In this document: in pieces, positions 1 through 8,383 of the stretch
Position numbering within the stretch: position 1 is the first letter of the stretch
Layout of the letters: every line of letters begins with the position of its first letter
Source of the DNA: an uncultured Bacilli bacterium
GTDB taxonomy: Bacteria; Bacillota_I; Bacilli_A; RF39; UBA660
DNA length: 40,586 bases
Direction: 5' to 3'
Assembly: GCA_947624845.1 (NCBI GenBank)
Contig: CANQMB010000001.1
Coordinates: forward strand, 1-40,586
Position numbers and translations under genes: made by a program
Notes under the pieces: generated by a model
Database searches by the model: none
The model's input: the letters and a program-made list of their open reading frames with translations, nothing else
What the model was told of the DNA's origin: nothing

Positions 1-1
1 A

Positions 2-220
2 GAGATGGGACCATTTTACTACTATAAAGATATAGATAATAATTCTCGAGGACATAATGCTTGGTATGCTGACAATTCCTACTTTGTAGATTCAACCTTA
101 CCGTGGTTCCATCGTGGTGGTGCTTACGACAATGAGGTTCTCACAGGTCAGTTCAACTTTGCTAGGTACACAGGTGGTGCCGCTTCCTACATTAGTTCCC
201 GCCTGGTGTTAAGTTTTTAA
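2..220 (+). CDS. 3' end of a CDS entering from upstream; product unknown
   Basis: The frame is open from the window edge to TAA at 218-220. The C-terminus ...PWFHRGGAYDNEVLTGQFNFARYTGGAASYISSRLVLSF shows an RGG..G.F...S.R.VL pattern that only loosely recalls FGE-sulfatase or Fib_succ_major-type C-terminal folds. I cannot verify this here. Confidence 0.5.
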   Translation, partial: EMGPFYYYKDIDNNSRGHNAWYADNSYFVDSTLPWFHRGGAYDNEVLTGQFNFARYTGGAASYISSRLVLSF

Positions 221-231
221 TATTTTATTTC

Positions 232-264
232 AAAAAAAATGACAAATTTTGTTTTGTCATTTTT
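232..264. terminator. Bidirectional intrinsic terminator between convergent genes
   Basis: Stem atgacaaa (239-246) pairs with tttgtcat (253-260) around a 6-nt loop. An A-run lies 5' and a T-run 3'. The hairpin overlaps the stop of the minus-strand gene. Confidence 0.6.
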
Positions 265-832
265 GATTTTTATATTCATAATTGGTAATGCCTTTTCCCA
301 TATTGGGATAATAATGGGAATGAACTAGATCAATTGTAAAGACAGTGATTAAAATAGCACAGAGAATGATAGCAATTTTTTTTGGAATTTTTTGATAAAA
401 TTCATTTAGTTTAGGTCCTAAAATGTATATTGCTAAATTTCCAGCGAGCCCAAAAACAATTGCGCCCTCTAAACAAATTCTTCCGTTCAAATTTAAAAAA
501 TATCCCGAGTAATCCCAAAAGCGAATTCCTTTCGTAACTTCTATGTAAAAACTCGTTCCATATTCTATAATCGATGCAATTAACATCATTAAGAAAAAAG
601 TAAGAATAGGTCTTTTATGATATTTTTTTAACAGGATAATAGCAATTAAACCACCACTTCCATAAATAGGAAGAACTGGACCCAATAAAATACCTTTATT
701 TACTAAATCTCCTGTTTCTATAAAATGAAATAAAACTTCCCATAAAAATCCAAGCAGACTAAAGGTAAAGAAAAGTAAAATATAACTTATTATCGTATAA
801 TTACAACGTTCTTTTACAACAACCTTCTTCAT
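257..832 (-). CDS. Polytopic membrane protein, putative ABC-transporter type IV / CmpB-like family
   Basis: 191-aa ORF with several hydrophobic helices. The motif GFLWEVLFHFIETGDLVNKGILLGPVLPIYGSGG matches my memory of the PF06541-type signature (G.hhE......G.h.N+G.L.GP..PIYG.G). Confidence 0.6.
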   Translation of the reverse strand: MKKVVVKERCNYTIISYILLFFTFSLLGFLWEVLFHFIETGDLVNKGILLGPVLPIYGSGGLIAIILLKKYHKRPILTFFLMMLIASIIEYGTSFYIEVTKGIRFWDYSGYFLNLNGRICLEGAIVFGLAGNLAIYILGPKLNEFYQKIPKKIAIILCAILITVFTIDLVHSHYYPNMGKGITNYEYKNQK

Positions 833-869
833 ACTTCAATCTCCTATATCTTAATATTACCACAAAAGA

Positions 870-2165
870 TTATGAATGAGAAAGATATTTTTGCACTTTT
901 TGGTAAGATAGAACAGTAGTAATTATGATATTGAGAGAAGTAGCAAAAATTAACCCCCAAATACCAATTTTGAAAAGAGAAAAAAGAAATAAAAATCCTG
1001 TACGAATTATAATTCCTAAAAAAGTAATTTTCATATTATCATTGCTTTTTCCCATGGCATCTAAACTGAAAGAAAGAGGAGATTGAATATATTGGAATAG
1101 GCAAATAGGTGCTAAAAATTTTAAATAGGTGGTCCCTTCTTTTGTATGATATATGAACATTAAAAATAAATCGGGAATGAGCATGAATAAAATGGTGATT
1201 GGAATTCCTATTAGTAAGGAGAAAAAGATCGCTTGTTTTATTTTTCTTCGAATCATTGAGAGATTTTGTTGAATATAATTTTTACTGACGACGGGGAGAA
1301 GGGCTTGCGAAATAGCTAAAGTAAAAAAGGAAGGAAGGAGCAAAAGAGGAAGAACATAACCAGAAAATAGACCATATTCTCTTACGATAAAAGAATTGGA
1401 ATATCCGACGAAAAGTAGAGTGTTTGTTAAAACGATCGGTTCTAAAAAATAGCCAACAGATCCAATAAAACGTGAAGCTGTATTAGGAATAGAAATCATC
1501 ATAGATTCTTTAATATAAAGACGATTGGGAATTAAATCTTTTTTTTGAATCGTAAAGTTTTTAGGAAGAAAGAAATACAAAACGATGATAGAAGTAAGTT
1601 CGCTGATCACGTTAGTCAAAATAACGAAGGCAACTGCATATTCGAGCCCATATTTTAAGAAAACAGGAACTCCTAAAATAATGAGACCGAGACGGATCAT
1701 ATCTTCTGTTAAATTCGAAACGACATGAGGAAACATTTTTTGTTTTCCAAAAAAGTAACTTCTTAAAATACTAGATAGCGAAGTAAAAGGAATTACGAGA
1801 CACATTGCAATAAGACCATAATAACTTCTCGGTTCTTTTAATAGTTGATTGGCTAAAAAAGGACTGAGAAATAGAATAATACAAATTAAAAAAATATTGA
1901 TAAACAAAGAAATTGGAATGAGTGAAAAAATTAAATTTTTATTGTTTCTTTTTTCTTCGGCAACTAATTTAGAAACGGCAACAGGAAATCCAAATTGAGC
2001 AAGTCCTATAAATAAAGAAAAAGTAGGGAGAATCAACATGTAAATACCAATTCCTTCGGTTCCCATAATTCTCGACATCACAATTTTAATAATCATTCCT
2101 AAAATCTTGGTTAGAAATCCACCCACCATTAAAATAATGGTAGACTTTATAAATTTTTCTTTCAT
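870..2165 (-). CDS. MOP-superfamily flippase (SpoVB / MurJ-like polysaccharide biosynthesis protein)
   Basis: The N-terminus MKEKFIKSTIILMVGGFLTKILGMIIKIVMSRIMGTEGIGIYMLILPTFSLFIGLAQFGFPVAVSKLVAEE is typical of SpoVB-type proteins, and the protein has many TM helices. I prefer the ATG at 2165 over the track start at 2240 because an AGGAG sits about 6 nt upstream (ctcct at 2171-2175). Confidence 0.7.
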   Translation of the reverse strand: MKEKFIKSTIILMVGGFLTKILGMIIKIVMSRIMGTEGIGIYMLILPTFSLFIGLAQFGFPVAVSKLVAEEKRNNKNLIFSLIPISLFINIFLICIILFLSPFLANQLLKEPRSYYGLIAMCLVIPFTSLSSILRSYFFGKQKMFPHVVSNLTEDMIRLGLIILGVPVFLKYGLEYAVAFVILTNVISELTSIIVLYFFLPKNFTIQKKDLIPNRLYIKESMMISIPNTASRFIGSVGYFLEPIVLTNTLLFVGYSNSFIVREYGLFSGYVLPLLLLPSFFTLAISQALLPVVSKNYIQQNLSMIRRKIKQAIFFSLLIGIPITILFMLIPDLFLMFIYHTKEGTTYLKFLAPICLFQYIQSPLSFSLDAMGKSNDNMKITFLGIIIRTGFLFLFSLFKIGIWGLIFATSLNIIITTVLSYQKVQKYLSHS

Positions 2166-2401
2166 AAATTCTCCTAAAACTACTAATTCAATATATGTTG
2201 TGAAAGAAAAATTTATAAAAAAATTAAAAAAACTACTCAAAAATAAATTTTTGTGATATGATGAAAATAAGAAAAGAATAGAAGCGCAAATGATGATTGT
2301 AAATATTTGTAAAAAGGGGAGTTTTTTTTAGAAAGAAACTTCTTTATTTCTATTCATTTATGATAAACTGAAATTATATATATAGTAGTAGAGGTGATTT
2401 T

Positions 2402-3310
2402 ATGACAGATTTAATGATCTTTTTAACATCAGAAGAAATTATGATGGTTTATGTGATTGTGGGACTTGGATGTTTATTGAGTTTATTTGTCTATATTGCG
2501 AATAAGACTTATTATAGTAGAAAACAAAAGAGTAATACACAAGAGTTAAATCGTCTAGTAGAACAGATTAAAGAAAAATCTGCGGTAGATGAAATACTAG
2601 AAGAAAAACCACCGGTAGCTTCTCCTGCTACGATTGAAGTTGAAATAGAAAAGAAAAAGGAGGAACCTTTTGTTTTACCAGAGGTAAAAGAGGCTCCTGT
2701 AGAAATTAAAGTAGAGACTGCTCCTAAAACAGTAGAGAAGATTGAATATGAAAATATAGAACCTGATAAGACGGAAGCTCAGTTGGAGTTAGAGAAAATA
2801 ACAGAAGAGTTACAAAAAGCAAAAGACAGTGTTGAAAATATTGATTTGACTGAATTTGAAGCTCAACAAGAAGAAAATGCAATTATCAGTTTAGAAGAGT
2901 TATTTGCTAAAGGCACTAGCTTATATGAGCAAAATGAAATTACTCAATATGAAGATGAAGGAAATGAACCGATCAGCTTACAAGATTTGGAAGAGTGGAT
3001 GAATAAAAATGCAACTCCTTCTACAGTACAAATCGCCGAACAACCAGCTTCAGAAGAAAAAGAAGTGAAAACAAGTTCTCCAGTGGTGGAGACGACGGAA
3101 CCAAAAAAAGATTCTGCTTATCAAGGAGCACATGCTTTTAAAAGTAGTCCAATTATTTCTCCAATCTTTGGTATTGAAAAACAAACACAACCTACGCAGA
3201 CAGAGTTAGCATTAGAGAATACGGCGAATTATGAGAAATTAGATGAGGAAATTCGTAAGACAAATGAGTTTGTTATGACATTGAAAGAATTACAGAAAAA
3301 GTTGGATTAA
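2402..3310 (+). CDS. Bitopic membrane protein with a long acidic E/K/P-rich cytoplasmic or extracellular region; function unknown
   Basis: SD agaggtga precedes the ATG. One N-terminal TM (VYVIVGLGCLLSLFVYI) is followed by about 270 aa of low-complexity acidic sequence. The C-terminus contains SSPIISPIFGIEK and a short helical tail. Confidence 0.6.
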   Translation: MTDLMIFLTSEEIMMVYVIVGLGCLLSLFVYIANKTYYSRKQKSNTQELNRLVEQIKEKSAVDEILEEKPPVASPATIEVEIEKKKEEPFVLPEVKEAPVEIKVETAPKTVEKIEYENIEPDKTEAQLELEKITEELQKAKDSVENIDLTEFEAQQEENAIISLEELFAKGTSLYEQNEITQYEDEGNEPISLQDLEEWMNKNATPSTVQIAEQPASEEKEVKTSSPVVETTEPKKDSAYQGAHAFKSSPIISPIFGIEKQTQPTQTELALENTANYEKLDEEIRKTNEFVMTLKELQKKLD

Positions 3311-3323
3311 GTTCCAACTTTTT
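3296..3323 (+). terminator. Weak hairpin / possible attenuator overlapping the stop codon of the 2402-3310 gene
   Basis: aaaaagttgga (3296-3306) pairs with tccaacttttt (3313-3323) around a 6-nt loop. The stem is AT-rich and its T-run is part of the stem. Confidence 0.3.
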
Positions 3324-3356
3324 GTCATTAAAATAAAAAATCATGGGGTGAGTGAT

Positions 3357-3932
3357 ATGAAAAAATATAAAAAAATCGTAATAAATCCGACGAAGAAAGA
3401 AATAAGAAAACAAAATACTTATAAAGTCATGAGCTGGATGTTGGCAACCTTTTTCCTTCTTTTTGGTTCTAGTTATGCGATGTTATACTTTCCACAAAAA
3501 CAGATGCAATCTTTAAGTATTCAAACGGAAGGAGTAAAAGTGAACTTTGAAAAGGATAACGTCATTCAATTAAAAAACTTAAAAAAAATGAGCGATGAAG
3601 AGGGCATGAAGAATATTGCTTACCAATGGAAAATTCGAAATTATAAAACGAAGGCGATAAAGTATCAGATTTTTCTTGAAATAGAAAATAAAGAAACTAG
3701 TATTCCTCCTCGCTTTATAAAATATTCACTTCAAAGAAATAATGGAGAATGGACGCAACCTAAATTTTTAGATGAAGAAAATCATTTTACGATTGAAAAT
3801 GAAAAAATTCTTCCAGAAAATTCAGATTTTGTAGAATATCGATTTAAATTGTGGGTAAGTGATGAGGTTGGTGCCGATATAGACGGCGGAAGTTTCCAGG
3901 CGAAAATCATTGTTGCCGGATTTCCAATGTAA
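3357..3932 (+). CDS. Membrane-anchored or secreted protein of unknown function
   Basis: I prefer the ATG at 3357, since the GTG at 3348 lies inside a GGGGTGA SD-like element. A basic N-terminus and one TM/signal-anchor (MSWMLATFFLLFGSSYAMLYF) precede a beta-rich-looking domain. The resemblance to SipW-type/TasA-like signal regions is only vague. Confidence 0.55.
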   Translation: MKKYKKIVINPTKKEIRKQNTYKVMSWMLATFFLLFGSSYAMLYFPQKQMQSLSIQTEGVKVNFEKDNVIQLKNLKKMSDEEGMKNIAYQWKIRNYKTKAIKYQIFLEIENKETSIPPRFIKYSLQRNNGEWTQPKFLDEENHFTIENEKILPENSDFVEYRFKLWVSDEVGADIDGGSFQAKIIVAGFPM

Positions 3933-4004
3933 ATGAATAAAATAAATGAAAAGGGTTTGAAATTTGAATATATCTATGATATATTATAAGATAGGTGATG
4001 CTAG

Positions 4005-4625
4005 ATGGAAATATTTTATGATATTCCGTATATGAAAGTGATTTTACTTTATGTTTTAGTTCCTGTTGCCTTTTTAGTTTTGGTGGTTGGTTTAGTTTTA
4101 TTCAGTTATTCTAGAAAGCATAAAGATCATGAAGATGAACACTATAATTTTGTCATGAATTTTTGGAGTAGCTTAATAGGAATTATAATAACAGGAGCAT
4201 TGTTGGCATTGGCCATCGGTTTTTCGATTGCCATGACAGAAAAAATGAAAGAATATGGAATTGTCAATAGTAGAAAAATGATCTATTATTTGTTGAAATA
4301 TTTTGTTATTGTTCCAATTGCTTTCGTAATTTGGTATATTGTCAAATTAGTTAAGACAATTCTTCATCGTCCTACGAAAGAAAAAGAGGATCCGGAAGAG
4401 AAAGAAGATGAAGAAGATCAAAATAGTGAGCAGGAATATGAGGAAGAACAAGGAGAAATCATGGATTCTGATCTTCCACCAATAGAGGAAAGTTTACAAG
4501 AAGAAATTCAAAAATATGAAGAACAAGAAGAAAATGAGGAAGAAAAAGTCTCTTCAGATAATACCAATCCGGATGAGGAAATTGAAATTATTTCATTCGA
4601 TGAAGAGGAGGAAAATCATGAATAA
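4005..4625 (+). CDS. Membrane protein (3-4 TM) with a highly acidic C-terminal tail
   Basis: Hydrophobic helices occupy the first ~120 aa. The tail is about 85 aa dominated by E/D (EKEDPEEKEDEEDQNSEQEYEEEQ...DEEEENHE). Confidence 0.6.
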   Translation: MEIFYDIPYMKVILLYVLVPVAFLVLVVGLVLFSYSRKHKDHEDEHYNFVMNFWSSLIGIIITGALLALAIGFSIAMTEKMKEYGIVNSRKMIYYLLKYFVIVPIAFVIWYIVKLVKTILHRPTKEKEDPEEKEDEEDQNSEQEYEEEQGEIMDSDLPPIEESLQEEIQKYEEQEENEEEKVSSDNTNPDEEIEIISFDEEEENHE

Positions 4626-5232
4626 GAAAAAAGAAACAAGTAATGTCATCATCTATGTTTGCATGGCTCTTTTACTATTACTTATTGTAATCCCTCCGGT
4701 TACGAGAGTGTTGTTTCCAAGAGAAAATACGGAAAGTTCTAATAAGGAAGGAACTCAAAATAAAAAAAATCCAATTGTGTTGTTAACTTGTAATAAAACG
4801 AGTGATGATGGAACTTATCAAATTAAAAGTTCGACACGCTATATCAATAATGAAATTCGATCAATTACACTTGCTTACGAATTATTAGAAAATTCGGCAA
4901 CTGAAAGCGAAGAGAACAATTCGACGCCATCAACAGAAGAAGAGCAGGGAGAATCTACAGAAGAAAATGGAGAGGAAGGAACAACAGAAGAGGTGGTACC
5001 CACTCCCGATAATACTTCAAATGGAATTAATGATCCCGATATTTCTGTTTTAAGAGAACTTTCAGGGGCAGAAATTCAAGAAGATGATCAACACTTTAAC
5101 ATCGTGTTAAATCAAAAAGTAAAAACGGATAATAGTTCCGTTGAACTTTTATCCAATTATTTTAATCCGATCGATGATCAAGTCAATTATTATGAGGGAA
5201 TTGGTTTTACTTGTACGAGAGTAGAATCTTAG
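4618..5232 (+). CDS. Bitopic membrane protein with an acidic S/T/E-rich linker; function unknown
   Basis: I prefer the ATG at 4618 (MNKKKETSNVIIYVCMALLLLLIVIPP...) over the track start at 4516. GAGGAGGA lies just upstream, and the start overlaps the previous stop by 8 nt (ATGAATAA). The 4516-4617 part of the track ORF is the K/R-rich alternative frame of the acidic tail. Confidence 0.6.
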   Translation: MNKKKETSNVIIYVCMALLLLLIVIPPVTRVLFPRENTESSNKEGTQNKKNPIVLLTCNKTSDDGTYQIKSSTRYINNEIRSITLAYELLENSATESEENNSTPSTEEEQGESTEENGEEGTTEEVVPTPDNTSNGINDPDISVLRELSGAEIQEDDQHFNIVLNQKVKTDNSSVELLSNYFNPIDDQVNYYEGIGFTCTRVES

Positions 5233-5738
5233 TTGCGGATTAATAATTCTTCTTTATATACCTTGAGATAAGGTATCTTTTTTTGGGGATTTTTTCTTAT
5301 ATCTTTTAAAGTGACAGTTTTTTCTTTTGCTAAATTATTTAAATAAATATAATTACTATTTGTTTTTAAAACTTTTTCTAGTTCGTGAGTCTGAAATAAA
5401 ACAACATGGCCATGAAACATTTTTGGAATCTTTTTTAAATCAACTTGATCAGTGACAATAATATTTTGTACTTGCTTAAAATATAAATCTTTAGAAACAT
5501 GCTTTTCTACATTGAAAATGGCTTCTTCCATCGTATTTCCTTTGGCTTTATAATATTTATAATCATTGGTTATTTTGTTTTCTTCTTTTTTGGGAACCGT
5601 CTCTTTCAAAGTAATAGAATAAAGATTATTTTTTTGATCGATTCCCACGGTAGTAATGATTGCCATTTGATTTAATTCTTGATAGGAACTACAACCAACT
5701 AGGAAAAAAGAAACAAGAAGAAATAGGAACTTTTTCAT
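5229..5738 (-). CDS. Short Ger(x)C-type spore germination lipoprotein (N-terminal domain only)
   Basis: Lipobox LVGC|SS, then QELNQMAIITTVGIDQKNNLYSITLKE and KGNTMEEAIFNVEKHV, as in GerAC/GerKC N-termini. It has 169 aa, whereas I remember this family as about 350-400 aa. The start overlaps the gerAA-like stop by 4 nt. Confidence 0.6.
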   Translation of the reverse strand: MKKFLFLLVSFFLVGCSSYQELNQMAIITTVGIDQKNNLYSITLKETVPKKEENKITNDYKYYKAKGNTMEEAIFNVEKHVSKDLYFKQVQNIIVTDQVDLKKIPKMFHGHVVLFQTHELEKVLKTNSNYIYLNNLAKEKTVTLKDIRKNPQKKIPYLKVYKEELLIRN

Positions 5739-7150
5739 CTAAAAATACCTCGCTTTCGATTGGTTGTTAGTAAAAAATTTCTGTATTTGACGCCACGATT
5801 GCTCGTTTTTATGATGGCATCTTTTTGTTCTATTTTGTTAAATGGCAAGAAGGGATATAGGTAAGGTTTTCCAAAAGATCTTAAAGTGTAGAGTCTTAGA
5901 AAAAGAATGATCGTTCCTAAGAGGATTCCCCAAATACCAAATAGGGTTGCTAAAATCATCATAATGAATCTCCACCATCGTATGGCACTGACCAGTTCAA
6001 TGGAGGGAAATACTAATCCAGAGATCGCGGAAATAGCAATTACGATAATCATGATGGGCGAGATGATTCCAGCAGATACGGCGGCATCTCCTAAAATTAG
6101 TCCTCCTAAAATGGAGACGGCACTTCCTGTAGTGGAAGACATTCGAATATCACTTTCTCTTAAGATTTCAAAAGAAATGCTCATAATCATCGCTTCTATG
6201 AGAGCAGGAAAAGGAACACTTTGTCTTTGGGCTTTTAGGCTGAGAAGTAAATTCAGTGGGATGAGATCAAAATTATGAGTCGTGACCGCTAAATAAAAAG
6301 CCGGTGTAAAAATCGCAATCATGAAAGCGAGTAGGCGAATGATTCGAATAAAAGTAATATTGATTGGTTTTTGGTAATAATCATCGACTGTATGAAAGTA
6401 ATCGATAAAAAAAGTAGGCAATATTAAAACATAAGGACTCATATCGACCAAGAGGGCAATTTTTCCTTCCAGTAGTGCCATAGAAACTTTATCGGGTCGC
6501 TCAGTAGAAGATATGGTAGGAAAAAAAGTAACGTGAGCTTCTAAGTTTTCTCGTAAATAAGTAGCATCTAAAATGCCATCTATATCAATCGTCTGTAATT
6601 TTTCTTTTACTTTTTTTAAAGTCTTTTTGCATGCAATATGATTCATGTATAAAATTCCAACAGATGTTTTGGTAAGTCTTCCAATATCCATACGTTCTGC
6701 GACTAAATGTTCAGATTTGATTCTTCGCCGAATCAGACCTAAATTGGTATTAAAATTTTCACAAAAAGCATCTTTTGGACCCTGAATGCTGAGTTCACTT
6801 TCGACTTCGCTCACACCGCGGTCTAATTTTGCTTTGGCCTCGATCGCAATAATTTTATAACTGAAAATAATTATATAACCTCGATGAATATAATCGACGA
6901 TTTCTTCTGGTTGAATTTCTTCTAAATTGGCATCGGGTAAATAGTTTTGGAGATGTTTTATTTTTCTTTTGGGAAGAATCAAAAGTCTTTTTAAAACGAA
7001 GTCGTTGATGTAATCAGAAGAGGTTAACACCTCATTAAAAACACAGTAGATCGTTTTTCCATGAATTTTTATTTCTTTAAAAATATAATCCTTACTATGC
7101 GAAAAAGTTTTTTTTAATTTTTGAAATTCTTCTTTCATACTCTTCACCAT
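5735..7150 (-). CDS. Spore germination protein, GerA (A-subunit) family
   Basis: Motifs LSIQGPKDAFCENFNTNLGLIRRRIK, TERPDKVSMALLEGKIALLVDMSPYVLILPTFFIDYFHTVDDYY and a C-terminal TM bundle are typical of GerAA/GerKA. An alternative start at ATG 7138 has a better SD (GGTGAAGAG). Confidence 0.8.
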   Translation of the reverse strand: MVKSMKEEFQKLKKTFSHSKDYIFKEIKIHGKTIYCVFNEVLTSSDYINDFVLKRLLILPKRKIKHLQNYLPDANLEEIQPEEIVDYIHRGYIIIFSYKIIAIEAKAKLDRGVSEVESELSIQGPKDAFCENFNTNLGLIRRRIKSEHLVAERMDIGRLTKTSVGILYMNHIACKKTLKKVKEKLQTIDIDGILDATYLRENLEAHVTFFPTISSTERPDKVSMALLEGKIALLVDMSPYVLILPTFFIDYFHTVDDYYQKPINITFIRIIRLLAFMIAIFTPAFYLAVTTHNFDLIPLNLLLSLKAQRQSVPFPALIEAMIMSISFEILRESDIRMSSTTGSAVSILGGLILGDAAVSAGIISPIMIIVIAISAISGLVFPSIELVSAIRWWRFIMMILATLFGIWGILLGTIILFLRLYTLRSFGKPYLYPFLPFNKIEQKDAIIKTSNRGVKYRNFLLTTNRKRGIFR

Positions 7151-7164
7151 TTTTAGTATGCACT

Positions 7165-7175
7165 TGTGTTATAAT
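7165..7175 (+). promoter_or_regulatory. Extended -10 element (TGTTATAAT) upstream of the methyltransferase gene
   Basis: tgtgttataat lies about 22 nt upstream of the ATG at 7197. No good -35 is present. Confidence 0.35.
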
Positions 7176-7196
7176 ATTATTAGAAAAGAGGTTTAT

Positions 7197-8306
7197 ATGG
7201 TAGTAGAAATTGAATCTTTTGACTATTTAGGTCGTGGAGTTGCTAGAATTGATAATAAAGTCACCTTTGTAATAGATGCACTTCCTTTTGAAGTGGTAGA
7301 AATTAAAATAATTGAAGAAAAGAAAAAATATAATGTAGCGGTTGTGACTAAATATTTAAAAAAATCCAAACAAAGAGTAAAGTATCCTTGTCCTTACTAT
7401 CAATCTTGTGGTGGTTGTCATTTAGGTTCTCTGTCAATAAAAGATCAACTGGCATTTAAAAAACAACAAGTAGAAGAGGATTTGAAACGTGCTGGATTTT
7501 CTTATTCCGATTTAAATATCGTCTCTTCTCATCCTTTTTATTATCGAAATAAGATCACACTGCATAGTGATGGGAATCATTTGGGCTTTTATCAAGAAAA
7601 AACGCATGAATTAATACCCATTAAAAAATGTCTATTGGTAAACGAACAGATCAATCAACAACTTTCCTTGTTACCTAAAAATCGGGATATTATGGTTCGA
7701 GTGAATATAAAGACTGGGGAAATACTAAGAAGTGATCAAAAAGGATACTTAGACTGTTCTATTGGAAAGTATACTTATCAAGTGTCTCCTTTTTCTTTTT
7801 TTCAAGTAAACGATGAGATTACGAAAAAATTATATGATACGATCTATGAGACCGTAAAAAGAAAAAAACTGACGAGAGTATTGGATTTATATTGTGGAAT
7901 TGGAACGATTGGAATATACATTCATGATTTGGTAAAGGAAGTTTTAGGAATCGAGATTGTGAAAGAGGCAGTGGAAGATGCGAAAAGAAACAAAGAAAAG
8001 AATCACGTAGAAAACATTCAGTTTTTATGTGGTGATGTCTCTAGTTATATCGATCATCTAAAAACGAAGTTTGGTTTGATTATTGTCGATCCTCCAAGAA
8101 AAGGATTATCTTCTTCCGTAATTGAGGATTTAATTCGCATGAATCCGGATACCATTCTCTATATATCTTGTAATAAAAATACTTTATTTAGAGATTTAAA
8201 AAAATTAGCAGAGTATTATGATTTAGAAAATATGCAATTATTTGATATGTTTCCCAATACCTATCATGTAGAAATATTTTCGGTTTTAAAACGAAAAAAA
8301 ATTTAG
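7197..8306 (+). CDS. rlmD: 23S rRNA (uracil-C5)-methyltransferase, RumA/RlmD (TrmA) family
   Basis: An N-terminal TRAM-like segment is followed by the Fe-S cysteine cluster CPYYQSCGGCHL. The SAM-binding motif is VLDLYCGIGTIG, and IIVDPPRKG plus the catalytic YISCN are present. The ATG at 7197 is preceded by AAAGAGG. Confidence 0.85.
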   Translation: MVVEIESFDYLGRGVARIDNKVTFVIDALPFEVVEIKIIEEKKKYNVAVVTKYLKKSKQRVKYPCPYYQSCGGCHLGSLSIKDQLAFKKQQVEEDLKRAGFSYSDLNIVSSHPFYYRNKITLHSDGNHLGFYQEKTHELIPIKKCLLVNEQINQQLSLLPKNRDIMVRVNIKTGEILRSDQKGYLDCSIGKYTYQVSPFSFFQVNDEITKKLYDTIYETVKRKKLTRVLDLYCGIGTIGIYIHDLVKEVLGIEIVKEAVEDAKRNKEKNHVENIQFLCGDVSSYIDHLKTKFGLIIVDPPRKGLSSSVIEDLIRMNPDTILYISCNKNTLFRDLKKLAEYYDLENMQLFDMFPNTYHVEIFSVLKRKKI

Positions 8307-8339
8307 GGATCATTTTCAGTATTAATTTATACTAGTATT

Positions 8340-8368
8340 TTGACATAAAATATGATATAAGGTATTTA
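8340..8368 (+). promoter_or_regulatory. Sigma-A-type promoter for the DUF4234-like gene
   Basis: TTGACA (8340-8345), a 17-bp spacer and TATTTA (8363-8368). An AAAGGAG SD follows. Confidence 0.5.
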
Positions 8369-8383
8369 AGAAAGGAGTTTTCC

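Noticed and set aside
4516-4617. Upstream extension of the 4618 gene (track start at 4516)
   Set aside because: The extension is the K/R-rich alternative reading frame of the preceding gene's acidic tail. A strong SD and the ATGAATAA overlap favour 4618.
2560-5050. Acidic E/K-rich stretches (also 31650-31760 and 32650-32830) as tandem DNA repeats
   Set aside because: These are compositionally biased coding sequence (GAA/AAA-rich) with no fixed repeat unit at the DNA level. They are not satellite or CRISPR-like repeats.
5907-6278. 123-aa plus-strand ORF, and similar 60-96-aa ORFs at 9391-9576, 9747-9935, 11107-11379, 12764-13232, 14839-15336, 16427-17737, 17798-18034, 18408-18626, 23943-24158, 25699-25887, 26180-26470, 27382-27573, 27868-28504, 29103-29288, 32101-32298, 32980-33387, 34301-34540, 37214-37411, 38414-38695 and 39428-39667
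   Set aside because: All lie antisense to, or out of frame within, much longer ORFs with recognisable products or better coding character. They lack SD sequences and have low-complexity translations typical of shadow ORFs in AT-rich DNA.
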